From a virus, in IMG/VR virus record IMGVR_UViG_3300028182_000001, positions 64,001 through 128,000 of that record: a stretch of 64,000 nt of DNA, one strand, 5' to 3'. The position numbers and the translations under genes were made by a program. The first letter of the stretch is position 1, and the number at the start of each line of letters is the position of its first letter. Under the pieces are notes generated by a model. It worked only from the letters and a program-made list of their open reading frames with translations, was not told where the DNA came from and did not search any database. Shown here piece by piece: positions 1 through 8,942 of this stretch.

Positions 1-2
1 CT

Positions 3-716
3 TTAACTACTGCTTATAAAGTAGAGACAATTGCAAACTCGGCACTAGACAATCTAGGGTTCGGTAAAGGTTTCTATTTCAAAGCCAATGGTCAAGAAAC
101 AGGAATCCATCAAGACGTATCGGTTATCCCTGGTCAACCTTACACGTTAGGTTGGTACCTAAATAAGATGACGAAGGGTGCCGATACAAGCTACCGTTTT
201 TGGATTCAAATTCAGGAGTACAACGGTACAGCTTGGGTTGTTAGTAACGGAAACCAAATAGCGGATAACAGTAATGTAACGACAAATGGTTTCGAAGCCC
301 GTTATATGACGTTCACTCCTGTTAAAGACAAAGTTAGAATACGCTTTATCGGCTACCCACAAGTAGAAGCAATCGTATCAGGTATCATGCTTAACATCGG
401 AGACGTTGCCCTACAATGGACTCTAGCTACAGGGGAGCTGTACAATACAAACATCCGTATGAACATTAACGGTATCCGTGTATCACAGATTGATGGTAAC
501 GGAAGTGAAATTGGGTTCACTCAAATCACACCGTACGAGTTCGCAGGATATTACCAAAATAACGGTACATTCGAGAAAGTATTCTACTTGAATGGTGATG
601 AAACCGTAACGAAGAAGCTTCGAGCAACAAATGAGATTACACTAGGGAACATCAAAATCCTGTCTATACAGAGTGCGAACTCCACAGGTTGGGCGTTCGT
701 ACCTAACAACACTTAA
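3..716 (+). CDS. C-terminal part of a tail/tail-fibre structural protein (5' end outside the window)
   Basis: The frame of the 168..716 ORF is open back to position 3; beta-rich, carbohydrate-binding-like sequence; directly upstream of the tail fibre gene. Confidence 0.7.
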   Translation, partial: LTTAYKVETIANSALDNLGFGKGFYFKANGQETGIHQDVSVIPGQPYTLGWYLNKMTKGADTSYRFWIQIQEYNGTAWVVSNGNQIADNSNVTTNGFEARYMTFTPVKDKVRIRFIGYPQVEAIVSGIMLNIGDVALQWTLATGELYNTNIRMNINGIRVSQIDGNGSEIGFTQITPYEFAGYYQNNGTFEKVFYLNGDETVTKKLRATNEITLGNIKILSIQSANSTGWAFVPNNT

Positions 717-737
717 TAACGAACGGAGGACACATAT

Positions 738-3425
738 ATGGCAAGTGGCGGTTTTGACTTATCGACTAGTAATACCTACGTCAAAGGTAGGGTTAACTGG
801 TCTAGTACGGCAAATACAAATGAAAACTATAGTAATGTGTACGTGGAGATGCGATTCTCCCGTACCAACTCAGGGTATACAACATACGGTAGTGGTACAT
901 TCGGTATTTACGTAGACGGACAAGCAGTAGAGAATACTACAAGCTTCTCAATTACACAGAACTCTAACACACTAGTTGTAAGTGGTACAGTTCGAGTTAA
1001 CCATAATGCTGACGGTACGAAGAACTTTCGTATCGGGGCTAGTGGTTTCACAAACGTATTCAGTATCAACGAAGGTAGTACAACTGCTTATATGGATAAC
1101 ATCCCACGAGCAAGTACTATCTCGTCTAACGTAAGTTGGACCGCAGGAGTTAACAGTTTACCTGTAACGATTAACAGGGCGTCTAGTGCGTTCATCCATT
1201 ACGTAGAGTTACAAGTTAAGAACCCTATTAACGGATCGTGGGCTATTGTAGCTTCACGTTCTAACGTAGGTGACTCTGTAACATTCGATTTCAGTAAAGA
1301 CGAAATAACAAAGATGTACCAACAAATCGTAGCTTACGAGGAAACCCAAGCATGGATGAAAGTTGAGACATGGAACGGTGGAACATTTGTAGGTCGTAAT
1401 GAAAAGTATGGGACTGTATATGCCGCACCTACGGGAACTGCATCATACAACCAATGGGGTTCATTTGATATCGGTCAGAACATTACAGGTTGGGTTAATA
1501 ACCACATAAACGGATTCACTTACAACCTGACAATGAACTTCGGATCATTCTCACGTACTTGGAATAACGTACCTAAGGACTACACTTTATCGTTCTCTGC
1601 TGCCGAGATACAGACACTGTACGGGCAGACATCAACTGCGAATAGCAAGACAGGTACGATTACATGTCGAACACTCTATAACGGAGTGTACGCAGAGGAT
1701 GGGGCACCAGTAAGTAACGTTACTACATTTACACTAAATGTAAAGAGTAGTGACCCGACTTACGCAGGTGGATTTACATACTTAGATACAAACAGTACAA
1801 CTACAACACTAACAGGTAATAACCAATATATCGTACAAGGTAAATCTAAGTTACAGATTAAGTTACCTGCGGCCAATAAAGCTACGGCTAATAATGGGGC
1901 TACAATGTCTCGTTACGATGTTACAGTCAACGGGGTTACGCAGTCTGTTAACTACGCTACGACAGACCTTACGGTTAACTTTAACGAGGTAAACGCATCG
2001 TCAAATGCTACTGCAACAGTTACGGCAGTAGATAGTCGAGGTAACAAAGCATCTGCATCTTCTGTTATATTAATGCTACCTTATTCACCACCTGTTATTT
2101 CAGCTAGTGCGGATCGCTTAAACAACTTCGAGGACTCAACTACGATTAAGTTAAGTGGTTCAATATCTCCATTGACTATCAGCAGTGCGAATAAGAACTC
2201 ACTGACAGTTGTTAAATTCCAAAGAAGACAGGTAGGTGGTACATACGATAGTCCAGGAACTAACTTTACGATTACTGGGAATCCGAACTTCACTGCGACA
2301 GACGTTAAAGTAAACTTAGCTAATACTCTTGCTTGGGAGATTCTAATTACGGCTACGGACAAAGTAGGTTCTACTGTAACGTTAACACGTACGGTTCCAG
2401 TCGGTACTCCAATCTTCTTCATTGATACAGTGAAGAAAACAGTCGGAGTTAATAAGTTCCCTACTAGTGCGGCCAATGGTCTCGAAATAGCAGGTGACTT
2501 GGACGTTGATGGTATAATTAAAGCGAAAGCAGATCAGTGGATGGGTAATAGTAAAGTAGGGTTAGATATGCGTAACTCTGATATGAAAGGGCTAAACGGT
2601 CTATACTTCAATGACGCATCGGAATCAGGTGACGAAGGAATTAACTTCCTACGTTCAGGTAAAAGTGTAGGCTCTACAAATATAGCAGACTACGATAACT
2701 TCTGTCTCTATGACGGTGCATTTAGAATGAACAACCGAAATCTGTTTTGGCAAGAGGGCGGCCAAGCTTCGAACAACATCCGTTTAGCAGGAGATATGTA
2801 CTCACAAACTACAGGTGGGACTATCTTCGATGTATGGGGTAACATTAAAGGTCAGCCAACAGCAACGTCAATCAATACATGGTCAATCCAGGATGCTGAT
2901 GGACAAATTAGATTCCTCTGTGGTATCGGTAAGGGGGCTACAGCGACTACTGAGATTAGGTCGTATAATAGTGGGGGTATTAAGCTAATACATGACAACT
3001 ATTCAGTTGCTTCTTTTTGGCAACAAGGTGGAGGAAATCAACACATTATGCAACTAGGATCAGGTATACTTCAGTATTATAACAACTGGTTCGAATTTAA
3101 GGGACCTGGTAACTCAGGTTGGGGTAATGTGTATGGTAACTGGGTAGCACCTTCGTCAGAAGCTTATAAAAAAGACATCACTGTATTCGATGATAGTGCG
3201 TTATCTTACATACACTCTGTGAAACCTGTACTATACCAATACAAGGAACAAGACGAATCAGAGCCATATACACTAGGTTTAATTGCAGAGGAGTCTCCTG
3301 CAATCATTCAAGGAGCTAACGGTAAAGGTGTTAACGCCTACTCGATGATAACGTTACTTTGGAAAGCCATGCAAGAGATTGACGGAAAAGTAGAAAACAT
3401 TAACAGAAGAATAACACTAAGATAA
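738..3425 (+). CDS. Tail fibre/receptor-binding protein with DUF859-like N-terminus and C-terminal peptidase S74 intramolecular chaperone
   Basis: GGAGG RBS; Thr/Ser/Gly-rich beta repeats; C-terminal SSEAYKKDI...LGLIAEE...LLWKAMQEI coiled-coil end matches the S74 autocleaving chaperone pattern. Confidence 0.85.
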   Translation: MASGGFDLSTSNTYVKGRVNWSSTANTNENYSNVYVEMRFSRTNSGYTTYGSGTFGIYVDGQAVENTTSFSITQNSNTLVVSGTVRVNHNADGTKNFRIGASGFTNVFSINEGSTTAYMDNIPRASTISSNVSWTAGVNSLPVTINRASSAFIHYVELQVKNPINGSWAIVASRSNVGDSVTFDFSKDEITKMYQQIVAYEETQAWMKVETWNGGTFVGRNEKYGTVYAAPTGTASYNQWGSFDIGQNITGWVNNHINGFTYNLTMNFGSFSRTWNNVPKDYTLSFSAAEIQTLYGQTSTANSKTGTITCRTLYNGVYAEDGAPVSNVTTFTLNVKSSDPTYAGGFTYLDTNSTTTTLTGNNQYIVQGKSKLQIKLPAANKATANNGATMSRYDVTVNGVTQSVNYATTDLTVNFNEVNASSNATATVTAVDSRGNKASASSVILMLPYSPPVISASADRLNNFEDSTTIKLSGSISPLTISSANKNSLTVVKFQRRQVGGTYDSPGTNFTITGNPNFTATDVKVNLANTLAWEILITATDKVGSTVTLTRTVPVGTPIFFIDTVKKTVGVNKFPTSAANGLEIAGDLDVDGIIKAKADQWMGNSKVGLDMRNSDMKGLNGLYFNDASESGDEGINFLRSGKSVGSTNIADYDNFCLYDGAFRMNNRNLFWQEGGQASNNIRLAGDMYSQTTGGTIFDVWGNIKGQPTATSINTWSIQDADGQIRFLCGIGKGATATTEIRSYNSGGIKLIHDNYSVASFWQQGGGNQHIMQLGSGILQYYNNWFEFKGPGNSGWGNVYGNWVAPSSEAYKKDITVFDDSALSYIHSVKPVLYQYKEQDESEPYTLGLIAEESPAIIQGANGKGVNAYSMITLLWKAMQEIDGKVENINRRITLR

Positions 3426-3439
3426 GGAGTAAATAACCT

Positions 3440-3955
3440 ATGATATTTGATAACTTACCATTGTACGAGAGAGAACTAATCACAAAAGGTTTCGACAAGA
3501 TGGGGCAAGATTACCAAAACTCACTAATGAATGCTATCTCCCGTAAAACAGGACAAGCATTATGGCAAATCAGACCTGAGGATATCCTGAAGTACCACAA
3601 AGACTTAAAGACATCAATGCACAACGAGTTCTGTGAGTTGGCTATCGCAAGTGGGTTTATCGCTACGAACGGACACAGATACCGTACAAATGCAGACGAC
3701 CAAACGAACTTCCTTGGTAAACTGATTTTCTTAATAATGAAGCCCGAAACTACAGAAGTTGGTTGGAAAGCGGAAGACGTAGGAGACTACGTGATACATA
3801 CAAAAGAAGAGTGGTTACAAGTAGCTCTTGAAGGTTTCGCACATAAAGAGGTGCAACTAACAAAGTTCAACGAGAAGACGAAGACTATCAAAGCTGCTAC
3901 AACGCACGACCAAGTAGTGGCAGTATCTTGGAGTGGAGACGGACCGCACAAATAA
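3440..3955 (+). CDS. DUF4376-like tail fibre assembly/accessory protein
   Basis: GF...GHRY...DDQTN...WKAED pattern; immediately after the tail fibre gene. Confidence 0.55.
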   Translation: MIFDNLPLYERELITKGFDKMGQDYQNSLMNAISRKTGQALWQIRPEDILKYHKDLKTSMHNEFCELAIASGFIATNGHRYRTNADDQTNFLGKLIFLIMKPETTEVGWKAEDVGDYVIHTKEEWLQVALEGFAHKEVQLTKFNEKTKTIKAATTHDQVVAVSWSGDGPHK

Positions 3956-3976
3956 TAGAAACTAATAGGAGGAAAT

Positions 3977-4171
3977 ATGATGGAACAACAACCACAAGGT
4001 AAACCGATTAATCCGAAACACATCGTCAATGAACAGAAGGTAGTCATCTTCGACCTAATGAATGAGAACATCATGCTTAAAGCGTACGTAGCTCAGTTAG
4101 AAGAGAGTGCGGCTAAACTAGCAGAGGAGCTATCTGAGAGAGATATCGACAACGAACCACGAGAGGACTAA
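3977..4171 (+). CDS. Small coiled-coil hypothetical protein (tail region)
   Basis: AGGAGG RBS, 64 aa, operon position. Confidence 0.7.
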   Translation: MMEQQPQGKPINPKHIVNEQKVVIFDLMNENIMLKAYVAQLEESAAKLAEELSERDIDNEPRED

Positions 4172-4189
4172 ATAAGGGGGGAGTAGACT

Positions 4190-4675
4190 ATGACAAATGA
4201 ACCGATCCAATCGGCAGATGTCATATTCTATAGACCTAAGAGTTTCATAGGCTGGGTGATTAGTAAAGTTACTAACTCACCCTATAGTCATGTTGCCCTT
4301 GCTATCGACTCTAACACATTGATAGAAGCCAACAGGTTCATAAAAACAAGAGTCGTACCTATAGAGTATGACAATAAAATCACACACATTTATCGACTAG
4401 ATAATGTGACACAAGAAGAAAGAGATAGAATCGTATCTATCGCATTAAGTTACGAAGGTACGGACTATGACTACGCTCAAATATTCGAGATGTTTGTACG
4501 GATCGTATTTCGTATTAAACGTACTCTATTTAACAACCAACAGAAACTGACATGTTCTGAGGTAGTGGATAATGCTTTCTACAAAGCAGGAGTTAAACGT
4601 AAAGACCTAGAGTTCTTATACGATATCACCCCTGAAGAGTTATTGCATAAATACTCACTACATAGAGTCCTTTAA
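4190..4675 (+). CDS. Permuted papain-like NlpC/P60 amidase (YiiX/YebB family)
   Basis: ADVIF...YSHVAL (His) preceding YDY...LTCSE (Cys) and ITPEEL; permuted order of catalytic residues. Confidence 0.8.
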   Translation: MTNEPIQSADVIFYRPKSFIGWVISKVTNSPYSHVALAIDSNTLIEANRFIKTRVVPIEYDNKITHIYRLDNVTQEERDRIVSIALSYEGTDYDYAQIFEMFVRIVFRIKRTLFNNQQKLTCSEVVDNAFYKAGVKRKDLEFLYDITPEELLHKYSLHRVL

Positions 4676-4700
4676 GCCGAGGTTTCCCTCGGCTTTTCTT
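4674..4700 (+). terminator. Intrinsic terminator
   Basis: AAGCCGAGG-tttc-CCTCGGCTT followed by TTCTT. Confidence 0.85.
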
Positions 4701-4726
4701 ATATTATAAAAGAGAGGTGATAATAC

Positions 4727-5554
4727 ATGGGAATGTCAGATGGTAAAACAGTATTAACGAAGATTGCTTTCCAAGTAGGAAACCGATTCTTCCGCTTCGC
4801 TATCAACCCTGAGAACATGACTTTTGCTCGGCCGCACCGTACTACGGCACTTAAAACAAAAAGTAGGATCGTAATTGAGGACTTCCAAAGTGACATACCT
4901 ACTTACACGATTAGTGGTACAACAGGATTCAACCCCACAGGTAAAGCGTCCGACCGAGGAATTGCAAAGATAAAAGAAATGAAATCTTTCTTAGAAGACT
5001 ATGCAGAGACTGGTGGTAACGGTAAGAAATCCGCAGACGATTTTTACTTCCACAACTTTACAAACGATGAGAGCTTTATCGTCCACTTAGCTCCCGAGGG
5101 AGTTACATATACGCAAGACGTGAACGCCCCACTAATGTATCGTTACGAGATTAAATTCGTAGTACTTAGAAAGTCTACCGATCCTGCCGATGACGATGTG
5201 GTGGCACCTGAGATTGGTAATAGGTATCCAACTGTAGGTGGCGGTGGAAGTAGTAGCTCAGGAGGAAATCCTAACCAACGTCCTGACACAGATATAAACA
5301 TTGGTGGTGGGGGTCTTGTATGGAGACCTAGCCCGTTATTCCCTCCACTAGGTGGTAACTCAGGTTCAGGAAACGGAGGTAAGTACGATCCTAGTTCAGG
5401 TAATGACGACATCTACAACAAAGGTGACGGAGGTAACTACGTTCCAGGAACAGGTCGTGACCCAGTTAACCCACAAAGACCTTCAGGTGTATCTTATGAC
5501 TACGGTATGAGTGGACTAGGGTACAACATCGGTTATTACGGAAGGTGGTATTAA
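4727..5554 (+). CDS. Conserved virion/baseplate-region protein with Gly-rich C-terminal tail
   Basis: GAGGTG RBS; FAINPENM...TISGTTG tail-tube-initiator-like N-terminus; G/S/N/P low-complexity C-terminus. Confidence 0.6.
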   Translation: MGMSDGKTVLTKIAFQVGNRFFRFAINPENMTFARPHRTTALKTKSRIVIEDFQSDIPTYTISGTTGFNPTGKASDRGIAKIKEMKSFLEDYAETGGNGKKSADDFYFHNFTNDESFIVHLAPEGVTYTQDVNAPLMYRYEIKFVVLRKSTDPADDDVVAPEIGNRYPTVGGGGSSSSGGNPNQRPDTDINIGGGGLVWRPSPLFPPLGGNSGSGNGGKYDPSSGNDDIYNKGDGGNYVPGTGRDPVNPQRPSGVSYDYGMSGLGYNIGYYGRWY

Positions 5555-5558
5555 GAAC

Positions 5559-6083
5559 ATGACAATTAGAAAGCCGTTAGACCTTATCAGATTCGTCTCT
5601 AGCGTCCCTGTTCTTCCCGATGGTACTATCCCATTAAACGAGATGGGAACAACGGTACAGTACACGTCTACGCTTTACACACCATCGTTCAGTGTATCAG
5701 CATTAGCAAGACTGACGTTAGAAGATATCCAACGAAATAAAATTGAACTGATTAACGTTCCACTAGACCCGAGAACAATCGTATCTCAAGTTATGAATAG
5801 TGATTTAGCTACGTATAACCCTCGTGTGTACGTTCTAGTGTGTGCCGTAGTGCTAGAGTCTTTTGCCCTTCTATATAACCTAGAGGAGCGTAATACGAAC
5901 ATTCAGTACGTAACAAAGAAAGATATCTTGAAGATGAAACAGAACGTAAACTATATCGCAGACTACTTCGGTACCGAGAGAAAGTACCGTACGATGATTG
6001 AGACATTACGAGATATAGATATTTCAATTGGTTACTTAGAGAACCAAGTAGAGTCGGCTATGAATAAATGGGTGGTGAGATAA
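5559..6083 (+). CDS. Hypothetical baseplate-region protein
   Basis: 174 aa ORF tightly packed in the baseplate operon. Confidence 0.65.
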   Translation: MTIRKPLDLIRFVSSVPVLPDGTIPLNEMGTTVQYTSTLYTPSFSVSALARLTLEDIQRNKIELINVPLDPRTIVSQVMNSDLATYNPRVYVLVCAVVLESFALLYNLEERNTNIQYVTKKDILKMKQNVNYIADYFGTERKYRTMIETLRDIDISIGYLENQVESAMNKWVVR

Positions 6084-6832
6084 TGGCTAAGTTTAAAAGA
6101 CGTATCATCGCAGAGGGAGATACGATGCAAGCTATAGCTCAACAAGAGTTAGGGGATGTAAGTCGTTGGATAGAGCTAGTAAGATTTAATGATCTACGAC
6201 ACCCGTACATCGTAGACACTGTAGCAGAGAAGTTAACAAACCCAAACCATCTTCTAACTATCGGTGATACTCTACTAATCGAGATGTCGGAAAATTCACA
6301 AAATGAATTAATGAACGCATTGAAACGTACAACAGATTTCGATAAAGAGGAGTTATACGCACTAGCTCTAGGGAAAGATTTAGATGTTCTACCAATCCCT
6401 AAACCGTTCGGTAAAGCAGGTTGGGACTCAGACATTCTTGAAATGAAGGATGACGGACGAGGAGATATCGCTACGATCCGTGGAGTAGAGAACTTAAAAC
6501 AATCTCTATTCATTCGTCTTATCACTCCACTAGGAAGCTACATCGGTTATCCGAGGTACGGTTCTAAAGTCCATGAATACTTAGGACGTAAGAACACAGA
6601 GGAGAATGCTGCTCTACTAGACATTGAAATCGAGAGAACATTACGTACGGATGGTAGAGTACGAACAGTAGAGAAGGTTGGGCACGTTATTGATGGTAAC
6701 TCGTACTCAACTACTTTCAAAGTCTTCTCTATCGCAATGGAAGAAGCATTCCTACTAGCCCTTTCAGGTGAGTTAGGAAAAGAAGGCTCGTTAGTCCTTC
6801 AAGATAACTTCGTAGATAACATGATACGATAA
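6083..6832 (+). CDS. Baseplate wedge protein (LysM-like N-terminus plus gp25-like domain)
   Basis: GDTMQAIAQQELGD..W..L...N LysM-like motif; NLKQSL..RL.TPLGS...YP.YGS gp25 motif; ATG at 6083 overlaps the upstream TAA and follows GGTGGTGA. Confidence 0.8.
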   Translation: MAKFKRRIIAEGDTMQAIAQQELGDVSRWIELVRFNDLRHPYIVDTVAEKLTNPNHLLTIGDTLLIEMSENSQNELMNALKRTTDFDKEELYALALGKDLDVLPIPKPFGKAGWDSDILEMKDDGRGDIATIRGVENLKQSLFIRLITPLGSYIGYPRYGSKVHEYLGRKNTEENAALLDIEIERTLRTDGRVRTVEKVGHVIDGNSYSTTFKVFSIAMEEAFLLALSGELGKEGSLVLQDNFVDNMIR

Positions 6833-6845
6833 GGAGGTTTACCCA

Positions 6846-7892
6846 TTGAGATACAAACAAATGACAGAAATCTATGGACGATTAGTAGACCATACGATTA
6901 CAAATACAAATAAGATTAATGACTTCTCTATCGGTAGCGCAATCAGAGCAATCTACGAAGCTACTGCTAGGGAGATTGAGCAGTTATACATCCTAACGGA
7001 AGAGAACATTAGAGAAGCTATTGCAACAGGTGTATACTCTTCATTCGGGTTCCAACGTAAACCTGCACAACGAGCTTACGGTAAAGTGCAGTTGGTCTTC
7101 CACAATGCCGTACAACAGACTTTACCTCTTCCAAGAGGTACAAGGTTCACTTCTAGTTTATCGGACTACACGATGACGTATGAGACGGTAGAAGACTACT
7201 ATATCCCACAAGGTACAGTTACTGCCGAAGTACAAATCTACTGCACGATTACAGGAGAGATTGGTAACGTACCGAACAACGTAATTAACATTATGATGAC
7301 TCCTCTAGCGAACATCAAGACAGTTACGAATGCACAAGCTTTCCAAACAGGTCAAGATGAGGAACCGTTAGAAGAATTAAAGTCTCGTTTCCGTTCTTAC
7401 ATTGAATCTCTAAGCAAAGGAACAATTCCTGCACTAGAGTACGGCACACGTTCCGTAATAGAGATTTCAGGTGTATGGATTGATGAGCAGACAGGTATTG
7501 TTTACGTATACGCACACGACCGCAACGGAGACCTACCTGATGTTGTAAGAGATAAAGTCATCGCTACACTTCAGAACTACCGAGCAGCAGGAATCCCAGT
7601 TGTCGTTCGACCTGTAACACGTAAAGCAGTTAACATTGATGTTACAATAGTACTAACAGATAAGACTGCTATTACAAAGGCACTACAAGATAAGATAGTA
7701 GCCGAGATTTCGAGATACCTTAACAACATGCAGACTTCACAAAGCGTAATCCTATCTGACCTATCTAGTGTTATTAAAGGGATAGATAGACGATTAATCT
7801 ACGACATTACATTTAACGATCCGAAAGCAAATGTAATCGTAGCAGGTAATGAAGTTGTTCGTGCAGGTACAGTTAAGGTTACTCTAACATAG
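6846..7892 (+). CDS. Baseplate J-like protein
   Basis: TTG start with AAGGAGG; DFSIGS, G.IGNV, GQDEE..EELKSRF...LSKGT, YRAAGI motifs. Confidence 0.9.
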   Translation: MRYKQMTEIYGRLVDHTITNTNKINDFSIGSAIRAIYEATAREIEQLYILTEENIREAIATGVYSSFGFQRKPAQRAYGKVQLVFHNAVQQTLPLPRGTRFTSSLSDYTMTYETVEDYYIPQGTVTAEVQIYCTITGEIGNVPNNVINIMMTPLANIKTVTNAQAFQTGQDEEPLEELKSRFRSYIESLSKGTIPALEYGTRSVIEISGVWIDEQTGIVYVYAHDRNGDLPDVVRDKVIATLQNYRAAGIPVVVRPVTRKAVNIDVTIVLTDKTAITKALQDKIVAEISRYLNNMQTSQSVILSDLSSVIKGIDRRLIYDITFNDPKANVIVAGNEVVRAGTVKVTLT

Positions 7893-7902
7893 GAGGTACA
7901 TT

Positions 7903-8928
7903 ATGTCATTTCTAAAACATCTACATCCTGGTTGGAAGATAAGCTTACAAGACAAGACAAAGGTGAATGCGGCTATCCTAGATGCGATTGACCAAGAACT
8001 TAAAGTAACAGAGTCCGATATGATTGCGAGTAAGTTCGACTTATCTTTAGAGAGTGCAACGGGGCAATGGTTAGATGAGTACGGAGATGTATTCGGGGTA
8101 GTACGACAGGACAATGAAAATGACACGTCTTATAGAGCACGTATCATCCAGTATATCCTATTAGATAGAGGTACTATCCCTGCTATTAAAAAAGCAATCC
8201 TGGCATTCCTAGGAGACCCGAATACATACGTAAACGTCTACGAACCATTCAATAACATTTTCTTCTTGAACAAGTCGAAGCTAAACAGTAAGGACTGTCT
8301 ACTAGGAGAGTATTACACAAATGCAGTTATTGATATATTCTTCGCAAATACTTTCCCTGTAGCCGTTATTGATATCGTTAAAAAGTTTAAGCCAGCAGGA
8401 GTAACAGTATTTCTAACACGCCAACCAAAAGCGTATAACCCGACTGCACAAGTATTCACAGTGAAGCAAGGAACTGACCCTGTAGCAGAAGCTATGAAGA
8501 TGCAAGCTAATAGGGACAGTACGTACTTGTCAATTGGTGAATCTGCTATAATAGGTTATAAGAGGATTCACAAGATTATGTTAGCAAGACCTCTTAAAGA
8601 TACAGAGAATGTTAACAACCCTCCGTTCCCTGTAGTAATGTATGGGAACAAGCCGTACGTACTAGTTCCTAGAGACAACGCAGTAGCAGAAGGAGCGAAG
8701 TGGTTATACATAAACGTAGCAGTAGAGGACACAGACTTCCAAGATAAGTCGTATTCAAAAACAGGAGTGTACTTTAATCTTGTTCCGAAAGGAAGTAAGA
8801 AAGATACACTACTACCTAGCGAAGTGACTAGCGCAGGTACATCACTAGTTTCAGAGACTAGAACGTCCCAAGGTCGTAAGCTAGGACTAAAAATGGACGA
8901 ACAATTCATGATTCAATTTACAGTATAA
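7903..8928 (+). CDS. Baseplate/tail protein
   Basis: ATGQWLDEYGDVFGVVR..NE.D..YRARI and FKPAGV motifs typical of the gene after baseplate J. Confidence 0.8.
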   Translation: MSFLKHLHPGWKISLQDKTKVNAAILDAIDQELKVTESDMIASKFDLSLESATGQWLDEYGDVFGVVRQDNENDTSYRARIIQYILLDRGTIPAIKKAILAFLGDPNTYVNVYEPFNNIFFLNKSKLNSKDCLLGEYYTNAVIDIFFANTFPVAVIDIVKKFKPAGVTVFLTRQPKAYNPTAQVFTVKQGTDPVAEAMKMQANRDSTYLSIGESAIIGYKRIHKIMLARPLKDTENVNNPPFPVVMYGNKPYVLVPRDNAVAEGAKWLYINVAVEDTDFQDKSYSKTGVYFNLVPKGSKKDTLLPSEVTSAGTSLVSETRTSQGRKLGLKMDEQFMIQFTV

Positions 8929-8942
8929 AGGAGTGAAACGTT

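Noticed and set aside
2063-2072. TGTTATATTA inside the tail fibre gene
   Set aside because: Lies mid-gene with no nearby start; could be chance, so not called as a promoter
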